From Eledone cirrhosa (lineage: Eukaryota): a stretch of DNA of 64,000 bases. The stretch spans positions 37,200,001 to 37,264,000 of the forward strand of contig OZ024758.1 in the NCBI GenBank assembly GCA_964016885.1, given 5' to 3'. The position numbers were made by a program, and so were the translations under genes. Below, piece by piece: positions 39,340 to 52,497 of this stretch; position 1 is the stretch's first letter, and every line of letters starts with the position of its first letter. The notes beneath the pieces were generated by a model. It was given only the letters and a program-made list of their open reading frames with translations. It was not told the origin of the DNA and did not search any database.

Positions 39340-42300
39340 TGAGAATTCATTTAAGTTCATGGTATTAGCTGTCAGAAGGAACTCCACTGTTGGTGAGAAT
39401 TCATTTAAGTTCATGGTAATAGCTGTCAGAAGTAACTCCACTGTTGGTGAGAATTCATTTAAGTTCATGGTATTAGCTGTCAGAAGTAACTCCACTGTTG
39501 GTGAGAATTCATTTAAGTCATGGTATTAGCTGTCAGAAGTAACTCCAATGTTGGTGAGAATTCATTTAAGTCATGGTACTAGCTGTCAGAAGTAACTCCA
39601 ATGTTGGTGAGAATTCATTTAAGTTCATGGTATTAGCTGTCAGAAGTAACTCCACTGTTGGTGAGAATTTATTTAAGTTCATGGTATTAGCTGTCAGAAG
39701 TCACTCCACTGTTGGTGAGAATTCATTTAAGTTCATGGTACTAGTTGTCAGAAGTAACTCCACTGTTGGTGAGAATTCATTTAAGTTCATGGTATTAGTT
39801 GTCAGAAGTAACTCCACTGTTGATGAGAATTCATTTAAGTTCATGGTATTAGCTGTCAGAAGTAACTCCACTGTTGGTGAGAATTCATTTAAGTCATGGT
39901 ATTAGCTGTCAGAAGTAACTCCATTGTTGGTGAGAATTCATTTAAATCATGGTACTAGCTGTCAGAAGTAACTCCACTGTTGGTGAGAATTCATTTAAGT
40001 TCATGGTATTAGCTGTCAGAAGGATCTCCACTGTTGGTGAGAATTCATTTAAGTTCATGGTACTAGCTGTCAGAAGTAACTCTACTGTTGGTGAGAATTC
40101 ATTTAAGTTCATGGTATTAGTTTGTCAGAAGTAACTCCACTGTTGGTGAGAATTCATTTAAGTCATGGTATTAGTTGTCAGAAGTAACTCCAATGTTGGT
40201 GAGAATTCATTTAAGTCATGGTACTAGCTGTCAGAAGTAACTCCAATGTTGGTGAGAATTCATTTAAGTTCATCGTATTAGCTGTCAGAAGGAACTCCAC
40301 TGTTGGTGAGAATTCATTTAAGTTCATGGTACTAGCTGTCAGAAGTAACTCCAATGTTGGTGAGAATTCATTTAAGTTCATGGTATTAGCTGTCAGAAGT
40401 AACTCCACTGTTGGTGAGAATTCATTTAAGTTCATGGTATTAGCTGTCAGAAGTAACTCCACTGTTGGTGAGAATTCATTTAAGTTCATGGTACTAGCTG
40501 TCAGAAGTAACTCCAATGTTGGTGAGAATTCATTTAAGTTCATGGTATTAGCTGTCAGAAGTAACTCCACTGTTGGTGAGAATTCATTTAAGTAATGGTA
40601 TTAGTTGTCAGAAGTAACTCCAATGTTGGTGAGAATTCATTTAAGTCATGGTACTAGCTGTCAGAAGTAACTCCAATGTTGGTGAGAATTCATTTAAGTT
40701 CATGGTATTAGCTGTCAGAAGTAACTCCACTGTTGGTGAGAATTCATTTAAGTTCATGGTATTAGCTGTCAGAAGTAACTCCACTGTTGGTGAGAATTCA
40801 TTTAAGTTCATGGTATTAGCTGTCAGAAGGAACTCCAATGTTGGTGAGAATTCATTTAAGTCATGGTACTAGCTGTCAGAAGTAACTCCACTGTTGGTGA
40901 GAATTCATTTAAGTTCATGGTATTATCTGTCAGAAGGAACGCCACTGTTGGTGAGAATTCATTTAAGTTCATGGTATTATCTGTCAGAAGTAACTCCACT
41001 GTTGGTGAGAATTCATTTAAGTTCATGGTATTAGCTGTCAGAAGTAACTCCACTGTTGGTGAGAATTCATTTAAGTTCATGGTACTAGCTGTCAGAAGTA
41101 ACTCCACTGTTGGTGAGAGTTCATTTAAGTTCATGGTATTAGCTGACAGAAGGAACTCCACTGTTGGTGAGAATTCATTTAAGTTCATGGTACTAGCTGT
41201 CAGAAGTAACTCTACTGTTGGTGAGAATTCATTTAAGTTCATGGTATTAGTTTGTCAGAAGTAACTCCACTGTTGGTGAGAATTCATTTAAGTCATGGTA
41301 TTAGTTGTCAGAAGTAACTCCAATGTTGGTGAGAATTCATTTAAGTCATGGTACTAGCTGTCAGAAGTAACTCCAATGTTGGTGAGAATTCATTTAAGTT
41401 CATGGTATTAGCTGTCAGAAGGAACTCCACTGTTGGTGAGAATTCATTTAAGTTCATGGTATTAGCCGTCAGAAGTAACTCCACTGTTGGTGAGAATTCA
41501 TTTAAGTTCATGGTACTAGCTGTCAGAAGTAACTCCAATGTTGGTGAGAATTCATTTAAGTTCATGGTATTAGCTGTCAGAAGTAACTCCACTGTTGGTG
41601 AGAATTCATTTAAGTTCATGGTATTAGCTGTCAGAAGTAACTCCACTGTTGGTGAGAATTCATTTAAGTTCATGGTACTAGCTGTCAGAAGTAACTCCAC
41701 TGTTGGTGAGAATTCATTTAAGTTCATGGTATTAGCTGTCAGAAGTAACTCCACTGTTGGTGAGAATTCATTTAAGTTCATGGTACTAGCTGTCAGAAGT
41801 AACTCCACTGTTGGTGAGAATTCATTTAAGTTCATGGTATTAGCTGTCAGAAGTCACTCCAATGTTGGTGAGAATTCATTTAAGTTCATGGTATTAGCTG
41901 TCAGAAGTCACTCCACTGTTGGTGAGAATTCATTTCAGTTCATGGTACTAGCTGTCAGAAGTAACCCCAATGTTGGTGAGAATTCATTTAAGTTCATGGT
42001 ATTAGCTGTCAGAAGTCACTCCAATGTTGGTGAGAATCCATTTAAGTTCATGGTATTAGCTGTCAGAAGTAACTCCACTGTTGGTGAGAATTCATTTAAG
42101 TTCATGGTATTAGCTGTCAGAAGGAACGCCACTGTTGGTGAGAATTCATTTAAGTTCATGGTATTAGCTGTCAGAAGTAACTCCACTGTTGGTGAGAATT
42201 CATTTAAGTTCATGGTACTAGCTGTCAGAAGTAACTCCAATGTTGGTGAGAATTCATTTAAGTTCATGGTATTAGCTGTCAGAAGTCACTCCACTGTTGG

Positions 42301-45246
42301 TGAGAATTCATTTAAGTTCATGGTATTAGCTGTCAGAAGGAACTCCACTGTTGGTGAGAATTCATTTAAGTTCATGGTAATAGCTGTCAGAAGTAACTCC
42401 ACTGTTGGTGAGAATTCATTTAAGTTCATGGTATTAGCTGTCAGAAGTAACTCCACTGTTGGTGAGAATTCATTTAAGTCATGGTATTAGCTGTCAGAAG
42501 TAACTCCAATGTTGGTGAGAATTCATTTAAGTCATGGTACTAGCTGTCAGAAGTAACTCCAATGTTGGTGAGAATTCATTTAAGTTCATGGTATTAGCTG
42601 TCAGAAGTAACTCCACTGTTGGTGAGAATTTATTTAAGTTCATGGTATTAGCTGTCAGAAGTCACTCCACTGTTGGTGAGAATTCATTTAAGTTCATGGT
42701 ACTAGTTGTCAGAAGTAACTCCACTGTTGGTGAGAATTCATTTAAGTTCATGGTATTAGTTGTCAGAAGTAACTCCACTGTTGGTGAGAATTCATTTAAG
42801 TTCATGGTATTAGCTGTCAGAAGTAACTCCACTGTTGGTGAGAATTCATTTAAGTCATGGTATTAGCTGTCAGAAGTAACTCCATTGTTGGTGAGAATTC
42901 ATTTAAATCATGGTACTAGCTGTCAGAAGTAACTCCACTGTTGGTGAGAATTCATTTAAGTTCATGGTATTAGCTGTCAGAAGGATCTCCACTGTTGGTG
43001 AGAATTCATTTAAGTTCATGGTACTAGCTGTCAGAAGTAACTCTACTGTTGGTGAGAATTCATTTAAGTTCATGGTATTAGTTTGTCAGAAGTAACTCCA
43101 CTGTTGGTGAGAATTCATTTAAGTCATGGTATTAGTTGTCAGAAGTAACTCCAATGTTGGTGAGAATTCATTTAAGTCATGGTACTAGCTGTCAGAAGTA
43201 ACTCCAATGTTGGTGAGAATTCATTTAAGTTCATCGTATTAGCTGTCAGAAGGAACTCCACTGTTGGTGAGAATTCATTTAAGTTCATGGTACTAGCTGT
43301 CAGAAGTAACTCCAATGTTGGTGAGAATTCATTTAAGTTCATGGTATTAGCTGTCAGAAGTAACTCCACTGTTGGTGAGAATTCATTTAAGTTCATGGTA
43401 TTAGCTGTCAGAAGTAACTCCACTGTTGGTGAGAATTCATTTAAGTTCATGGTACTAGCTGTCAGAAGTAACTCCAATGTTGGTGAGAATTCATTTAAGT
43501 TCATGGTATTAGCTGTCAGAAGTAACTCCACTGTTGGTGAGAATTCATTTAAGTCATGGTATTAGTTGTCAGAAGTAACTCCAATGTTGGTGAGAATTCA
43601 TTTAAGTCATGGTACTAGCTGTCAGAAGTAACTCCAATGTTGGTGAGAATTCATTTAAGTTCATGGTATTAGCTGTCAGAAGTAACTCCACTGTTGGTGA
43701 GAATTCATTTAAGTTCATGGTATTAGCTGTCAGAAGTAACTCCACTGTTGGTGAGAATTCATTTAAGTTCATGGTATTAGCTGTCAGAAGGAACTCCAAT
43801 GTTGGTGAGAATTCATTTAAGTCATGGTACTAGCTGTCAGAAGTAACTCCACTGTTGGTGAGAATTCATTTAAGTTCATGGTATTATCTGTCAGAAGGAA
43901 CGCCACTGTTGGTGAGAATTCATTTAAGTTCATGGTATTATCTGTCAGAAGTAACTCCACTGTTGGTGAGAATTCATTTAAGTTCATGGTATTAGCTGTC
44001 AGAAGTAACTCCACTGTTGGTGAGAATTCATTTAAGTTCATGGTACTAGCTGTCAGAAGTAACTCCACTGTTGGTGAGAGTTCATTTAAGTTCATGGTAT
44101 TAGCTGACAGAAGGAACTCCACTGTTGGTGAGAATTCATTTAAGTTCATGGTACTAGCTGTCAGAAGTAACTCTACTGTTGGTGAGAATTCATTTAAGTT
44201 CATGGTATTAGTTTGTCAGAAGTAACTCCACTGTTGGTGAGAATTCATTTAAGTCATGGTATTAGTTGTCAGAAGTAACTCCAATGTTGGTGAGAATTCA
44301 TTTAAGTCATGGTACTAGCTGTCAGAAGTAACTCCAATGTTGGTGAGAATTCATTTAAGTTCATGGTATTAGCTGTCAGAAGGAACTCCACTGTTGGTGA
44401 GAATTCATTTAAGTTCATGGTATTAGCCGTCAGAAGTAACTCCACTGTTGGTGAGAATTCATTTAAGTTCATGGTACTAGCTGTCAGAAGTAACTCCAAT
44501 GTTGGTGAGAATTCATTTAAGTTCATGGTATTAGCTGTCAGAAGTAACTCCACTGTTGGTGAGAATTCATTTAAGTTCATGGTATTAGCTGTCAGAAGTA
44601 ACTCCACTGTTGGTGAGAATTCATTTAAGTTCATGGTACTAGCTGTCAGAAGTAACTCCACTGTTGGTGAGAATTCATTTAAGTTCATGGTATTAGCTGT
44701 CAGAAGTAACTCCACTGTTGGTGAGAATTCATTTAAGTTCATGGTACTAGCTGTCAGAAGTAACTCCACTGTTGGTGAGAATTCATTTAAGTTCATGGTA
44801 TTAGCTGTCAGAAGTCACTCCAATGTTGGTGAGAATTCATTTAAGTTCATGGTATTAGCTGTCAGAAGTCACTCCACTGTTGGTGAGAATTCATTTCAGT
44901 TCATGGTACTAGCTGTCAGAAGTAACCCCAATGTTGGTGAGAATTCATTTAAGTTCATGGTATTAGCTGTCAGAAGTCACTCCAATGTTGGTGAGAATCC
45001 ATTTAAGTTCATGGTATTAGCTGTCAGAAGTAACTCCACTGTTGGTGAGAATTCATTTAAGTTCATGGTATTAGCTGTCAGAAGGAACGCCACTGTTGGT
45101 GAGAATTCATTTAAGTTCATGGTATTAGCTGTCAGAAGTAACTCCACTGTTGGTGAGAATTCATTTAAGTTCATGGTACTAGCTGTCAGAAGTAACTCCA
45201 ATGTTGGTGAGAATTCATTTAAGTTCATGGTATTAGCTGTCAGAAG
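39340..45246. repeat. Tandem block duplication, 2961-bp unit (~55 monomers), 2 copies
   Basis: ORF pairs 39573/42534, 39949/42910, 40218/43179, 40648/43609, 40863/43824 and 41348/44309. Shared TTTAAATCAT and doubled TTATCTG. The copies differ at ~39823 (TGATGAG) and ~40594 (AGTAATGG). Confidence 0.92.
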
Positions 45247-48200
45247 GAACTCCACTGTTGGTGAGAATTCATTTAAGTTCATGGTAATAGCTGTCAGAAG
45301 TAACTCCACTGTTGGTGAGAATTCATTTAAGTTCATGGTATTAGCTGTCAGAAGGAACTCCACTGTTGGTGAGAATTCATTTAAGTCATGGTATTAGCTG
45401 TCAGAAGTAACGCCAATGTTGGTGAGAATTCATTTAAGTCATGGTACTAGCTGTCAGAAGTAACTCCAATGTTGGTGAGAATTCATTTAAGTTCATGGTA
45501 TTAGCTGTCAGAAGTAACTCCACTGTTGGTGAGAATTCATTTAAGTTCATGGTATTAGCTGTCAGAAGTAACTCCACTGTTGGTGAGAATTCATTTAAGT
45601 CATGGTATTAGCTGTCAGAAGTAACTCCAATGTTGGTGAGAATTTATTTAAGTTCATGGTATTAGCTGTCAGAAGTCACTCCACTGTTGGTGAGAATTCA
45701 TTTAAGTTCATGGTACTAGTTGTCAGAAGTAACTCCACTGTTGGTGAGAATTCATTTAAGTTCATGGTATTAGTTGTCAGAAGTAACTCCACTGTTGGTG
45801 AGAATTCATTTAAGTTCATGGTATTAGCTGTCAGAAGTAACTCCACTGTTGGTGAGAATTCATTTAAGTCATGGTATTAGCTGTCAGAAGTAACTCCATT
45901 GTTGGTGAGAATTCATTTAAGTCATGGTACTAGCTGTCAGAAGTAACTCCACTGTTGGTGAGAATTCATTTAAGTTCATGGTATTAGCTGTCAGAAGGAT
46001 CTCCACTGTTGGTGAGAATTCATTTAAGTTCATGGTACTAGCTGTCAGAAGTAACTCTATTGTTGGTGAGAATTCATTTAAGTTCATGGTATTAGTTTGT
46101 CAGAAGTAACTCCACTGTTGGTGAGAATTCATTTAAGTCATGGTATTAGTTGTCAGAAGTAACTCCAATGTTGGTGAGAATTCATTTAAGTCATGGTACT
46201 AGCTGTCAGAAGTAACTCCAATGTTGGTGAGAATTCATTTAAGTTCATCGTATTAGCTGTCAGAAGGAACTCCACTGTTGGTGAGAATTCATTTAAGTTC
46301 ATGGTACTAGCTGTCAGAAGTAACTCCACTGTTGGTGAGAATTCATTTAAGTTCATGGTATTAGCTGTCAGAAGTCACTCCAATGTTGGTGAGAATCCAT
46401 TTAAGTTCATGGTATTAGCTGTCAGAACTAACTCCACTGTTGGTGAGAATTCATTTAAGTTCATGGTATTAGCTGTCAGAAGGAACGCCACTGTTGGTGA
46501 GAATTCATTTAAGTTCATGGTATTAGCTGTCAGAAGTAACTCCACTGTTGGTGAGAATTCATTTAAGTCATGGTATTAGCTGTCAGAAGTAACTCCAATG
46601 TTGGTGGGAATTCATTTAAGTTCATGGTATTAGCTGTCAGAAGTAACTCCACTGTTGGTGAGAATTCATTTAAGTTCATGGTATTAGCTGTCAGAAGTAA
46701 CTCCACTGTTGGTGAGAATTCATTTAAGTTCATGGTACTAGCTGTCAGAAGTAACTCCACTGTTGGTGAGAATTCATTTAAGTTCATGGTATTAGCTGTC
46801 AGAAGTAACTCCACTGTTGGTGAGAATTCATTTAAGTTCATGGTACTAGCTGTCAGAAGTAACTCCACTGTTGGTGAGAATTCATTTAAGTTCATGGTAT
46901 TAGCTGTCAGAAGTCACTCCAATGTTGGTGAGAATTCATTTAAGTTCATGGTATTAGCTGTCAGAAGTCACTCCACTGTTGGTGAGAATTCATTTCAGTT
47001 CATGGTACTAGCTGTCAGAAGTAACCCCAATGTTGGTGAGAATTCATTTAAGTTCATGGTATTAGCTGTCAGAAGTCACTCCAATGTTGGTGAGAATCCA
47101 TTTAAGTTCATGGTATTAGCTGTCAGAAGTAACTCCACTGTTGGTGAGAATTCATTTAAGTTCATGGTATTAGCTGTCAGAAGGAACGCCACTGTTGGTG
47201 AGAATTCATTTAAGTTCATGGTATTAGCTGTCAGAAGTAACTCCACTGTTGGTGAGAATTCATTTAAGTTCATGGTACTAGCTGTCAGAAGTAACTCCAA
47301 TGTTGGTGAGAATTCATTTAAGTTCATGGTATTAGCTGTCAGAAGGAACTCCACTGTTGGTGAGAATTCATTTAAGTTCATGGTAATAGCTGTCAGAAGT
47401 AACTCCACTGTTGGTGAGAATTCATTTAAGTTCATGGTATTAGCTGTCAGAAGTAACTCCACTGTTGGTGAGAATTCATTTAAGTCATGGTATTAGCTGT
47501 CAGAAGTAACTCCAATGTTGGTGAGAATTCATTTAAGTCATGGTACTAGCTGTCAGAAGTAACTCCAATGTTGGTGAGAATTCATTTAAGTTCATGGTAT
47601 TAGCTGTCAGAAGTAACTCCACCGTTGGTGAGAATTCATTTAAGTTCATGGTATTAGCTGTCAGAAGTAACTCCACTGTTGGTGAGAATTCATTTAAGTC
47701 ATGGTATTAGCTGTCAGAAGTAACTCCAATGTTGGTGAGAATTTATTTAAGTTCATGGTATTAGCTGTCAGAAGTAACTCCACTGTTGGTGAGAATTCAT
47801 TTAAGTTCATGGTACTAGTTGTCAGAAGTAACTCCACTGTTGGTGAGAATTCATTTAAGTTCATGGTATTAGTTGTCAGAAGTAACTCCACTGTTGGTGA
47901 GAATTCATTTAAGTTCATGGTATTAGCTGTCAGAAGTAACTCCACTGTTGGTGAGAATTCATTTAAGTCATGGTATTAGCTGTCAGAAGTAACTCCATTG
48001 TTGGTGAGAATTCATTTAAGTCATGGTACTAGCTGTCAGAAGTAACTCCACTGTTGGTGAGAATTCATTTAAGTTCATGGTATTAGCTGTCAGAAGGATC
48101 TCCACTGTTGGTGAGAATTCATTTAAGTTCATGGTACTAGCTGTCAGAAGTAACTCTATTGTTGGTGAGAATTCATTTAAGTTCATGGTATTAGTTTGTC

Positions 48201-51200
48201 AGAAGTAACTCCACTGTTGGTGAGAATTCATTTAAGTCATGGTATTAGTTGTCAGAAGTAACTCCAATGTTGGTGAGAATTCATTTAAGTCACGGTACTA
48301 GCTGTCAGAAGTAACTCCAATGTTGGTGAGAATTCATTTAAGTTCATGGTATTAGCTGTCAGAAGGAACTCCACTGTTGGTGAGAATTCATTTAAGTTCA
48401 TGGTAATAGCTGTCAGAAGTAACTCCACTGTTGGTGAGAATTCATTTAAGTTCATGGTATTAGCTGTCAGAAGTAACTCCACTGTTGGTGAGAATTCATT
48501 TAAGTCATGGTATTAGCTGTCAGAAGTAACTCCAATGTTGGTGAGAATTCATTTAATTCATGGTACTAGCTGTCAGAAGTAACTCCAATGTTGGTGAGAA
48601 TTCATTTAAGTTCATGGTATTAGCTGTCAGAAGTAACTCCACTGTTGGTGAGAATTTATTTAAGTTCATGGTATTAGCTGTCAGAAGTCACTCCACTGTT
48701 GGTGAGAATTCATTTAAGTTCATGGTACTAGTTGTCAGAAGTAACTCCAATGTTGGTGAGAATTCATTTAAGTTCATGGTATTAGCTGTCAGAAGGAACG
48801 CCACTGTTGGTGAGAATTCATTTAAGTTCATGGTATTAGCTGTCAGAAGTAACTCCACTGTTGGTGAGAATTCATTTAAGTTCATGGTACTAGCTGTCAG
48901 AAGTAACTCCAATGTTGGTGAGAATTCATTTAAGTTCATGGTATTAGCTGTCAGAAGGAACTCCACTGTTGGTGAGAATTCATTTAAGTTCATGGTAATA
49001 GCTGTCAGAAGTAACTCCACTGTTGGTGAGAATTCATTTAAGTTCATGGTATTAGCTGTCAGAAGGAACTCCACTGTTGGTGAGAATTCATTTAAGTCAT
49101 GGTATTAGCTGTCAGAAGTAACGCCAATGTTGGTGAGAATTCATTTAAGTCATGGTACTAGCTGTCAGAAGTAACTCCAATGTTGGTGAGAATTCATTTA
49201 AGTTCATGGTATTAGCTGTCAGAAGTAACTCCACTGTTGGTGAGAATTCATTTAAGTTCATGGTATTAGCTGTCAGAAGTAACTCCACTGTTGGTGAGAA
49301 TTCATTTAAGTCATGGTATTAGCTGTCAGAAGTAACTCCAATGTTGGTGAGAATTTATTTAAGTTCATGGTATTAGCTGTCAGAAGTCACTCCACTGTTG
49401 GTGAGAATTCATTTAAGTTCATGGTACTAGTTGTCAGAAGTAACTCCACTGTTGGTGAGAATTCATTTAAGTTCATGGTATTAGTTGTCAGAAGTAACTC
49501 CACTGTTGGCGAGAATTCATTTAAGTTCATGGTATTAGCTGTCAGAAGTAACTCCACTGTTGGTGAGAATTCATTTAAGTCATGGTATTAGCTGTCAGAA
49601 GTAACTCCATTGTTGGTGAGAATTCATTTAAGTCATGGTACTAGCTGTCAGAAGTAACTCCACTGTTGGTGAGAATTCATTTAAGTTCATGGTATTAGCT
49701 GTCAGAAGGATCTCCACTGTTGGTGAGAATTCATTTAAGTTCATGGTACTAGCTGTCAGAAGTAACTCTATTGTTGGTGAGAATTCATTTAAGTTCATGG
49801 TATTAGTTTGTCAGAAGTAACTCCACTGTTGGTGAGAATTCATTTAAGTCATGGTATTAGTTGTCAGAAGTAACTCCAATGTTGGTGAGAATTCATTTAA
49901 GTCATGGTACTAGCTGTCAGAAGTAACTCCAATGTTGGTGAGAATTCATTTAAGTTCATCGTATTAGCTGTCAGAAGGAACTCCACTGTTGGTGAGAATT
50001 CATTTAAGTTCATGGTACTAGCTGTCAGAAGTAACTCCACTGTTGGTGAGAATTCATTTAAGTTCATGGTATTAGCTGTCAGAAGTCACTCCAATGTTGG
50101 TGAGAATCCATTTAAGTTCATGGTATTAGCTGTCAGAACTAACTCCACTGTTGGTGAGAATTCATTTAAGTTCATGGTATTAGCTGTCAGAAGGAACGCC
50201 ACTGTTGGTGAGAATTCATTTAAGTTCATGGTATTAGCTGTCAGAAGTAACTCCACTGTTGGTGAGAATTCATTTAAGTCATGGTATTAGCTGTCAGAAG
50301 TAACTCCAATGTTGGTGGGAATTCATTTAAGTTCATGGTATTAGCTGTCAGAAGTAACTCCACTGTTGGTGAGAATTCATTTAAGTTCATGGTATTAGCT
50401 GTCAGAAGTAACTCCACTGTTGGTGAGAATTCATTTAAGTTCATGGTACTAGCTGTCAGAAGTAACTCCACTGTTGGTGAGAATTCATTTAAGTTCATGG
50501 TATTAGCTGTCAGAAGTAACTCCACTGTTGGTGAGAATTCATTTAAGTTCATGGTACTAGCTGTCAGAAGTAACTCCACTGTTGGTGAGAATTCATTTAA
50601 GTTCATGGTATTAGCTGTCAGAAGTCACTCCAATGTTGGTGAGAATTCATTTAAGTTCATGGTATTAGCTGTCAGAAGTCACTCCACTGTTGGTGAGAAT
50701 TCATTTCAGTTCATGGTACTAGCTGTCAGAAGTAACCCCAATGTTGGTGAGAATTCATTTAAGTTCATGGTATTAGCTGTCAGAAGTCACTCCAATGTTG
50801 GTGAGAATCCATTTAAGTTCATGGTATTAGCTGTCAGAAGTAACTCCACTGTTGGTGAGAATTCATTTAAGTTCATGGTATTAGCTGTCAGAAGGAACGC
50901 CACTGTTGGTGAGAATTCATTTAAGTTCATGGTATTAGCTGTCAGAAGTAACTCCACTGTTGGTGAGAATTCATTTAAGTTCATGGTACTAGCTGTCAGA
51001 AGTAACTCCAATGTTGGTGAGAATTCATTTAAGTTCATGGTATTAGCTGTCAGAAGGAACTCCACTGTTGGTGAGAATTCATTTAAGTTCATGGTAATAG
51101 CTGTCAGAAGTAACTCCACTGTTGGTGAGAATTCATTTAAGTTCATGGTATTAGCTGTCAGAAGTAACTCCACTGTTGGTGAGAATTCATTTAAGTCATG

Positions 51201-52497
51201 GTATTAGCTGTCAGAAGTAACTCCAATGTTGGTGAGAATTCATTTAAGTCATGGTACTAGCTGTCAGAAGTAACTCCAATGTTGGTGAGAATTCATTTAA
51301 GTTCATGGTATTAGCTGTCAGAAGTAACTCCACCGTTGGTGAGAATTCATTTAAGTTCATGGTATTAGCTGTCAGAAGTAACTCCACTGTTGGTGAGAAT
51401 TCATTTAAGTCATGGTATTAGCTGTCAGAAGTAACTCCAATGTTGGTGAGAATTTATTTAAGTTCATGGTATTAGCTGTCAGAAGTAACTCCACTGTTGG
51501 TGAGAATTCATTTAAGTTCATGGTACTAGTTGTCAGAAGTAACTCCACTGTTGGTGAGAATTCATTTAAGTTCATGGTATTAGTTGTCAGAAGTAACTCC
51601 ACTGTTGGTGAGAATTCATTTAAGTTCATGGTATTAGCTGTCAGAAGTAACTCCACTGTTGGTGAGAATTCATTTAAGTCATGGTATTAGCTGTCAGAAG
51701 TAACTCCATTGTTGGTGAGAATTCATTTAAGTCATGGTACTAGCTGTCAGAAGTAACTCCACTGTTGGTGAGAATTCATTTAAGTTCATGGTATTAGCTG
51801 TCAGAAGGATCTCCACTGTTGGTGAGAATTCATTTAAGTTCATGGTACTAGCTGTCAGAAGTAACTCTATTGTTGGTGAGAATTCATTTAAGTTCATGGT
51901 ATTAGTTTGTCAGAAGTAACTCCACTGTTGGTGAGAATTCATTTAAGTCATGGTATTAGTTGTCAGAAGTAACTCCAATGTTGGTGAGAATTCATTTAAG
52001 TCACGGTACTAGCTGTCAGAAGTAACTCCAATGTTGGTGAGAATTCATTTAAGTTCATGGTATTAGCTGTCAGAAGGAACTCCACTGTTGGTGAGAATTC
52101 ATTTAAGTTCATGGTAATAGCTGTCAGAAGTAACTCCACTGTTGGTGAGAATTCATTTAAGTTCATGGTATTAGCTGTCAGAAGTAACTCCACTGTTGGT
52201 GAGAATTCATTTAAGTCATGGTATTAGCTGTCAGAAGTAACTCCAATGTTGGTGAGAATTCATTTAATTCATGGTACTAGCTGTCAGAAGTAACTCCAAT
52301 GTTGGTGAGAATTCATTTAAGTTCATGGTATTAGCTGTCAGAAGTAACTCCACTGTTGGTGAGAATTTATTTAAGTTCATGGTATTAGCTGTCAGAAGTC
52401 ACTCCACTGTTGGTGAGAATTCATTTAAGTTCATGGTACTAGTTGTCAGAAGTAACTCCAATGTTGGTGAGAATTCATTTAAGTTCATGGTATTAGT
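45040..52497. repeat. Tandem block duplication, 3711-bp unit (~69 monomers), 2 near-identical copies
   Basis: ORF pairs from 45602/49313 through 48560/52271 are offset by 3711. Shared private variants TAACGCCAAT, GTGGGAA, CCACCGTT, GTCACGG and TAATTCATGG. One difference was seen (TTGGCGAG, ~49510). Confidence 0.93.
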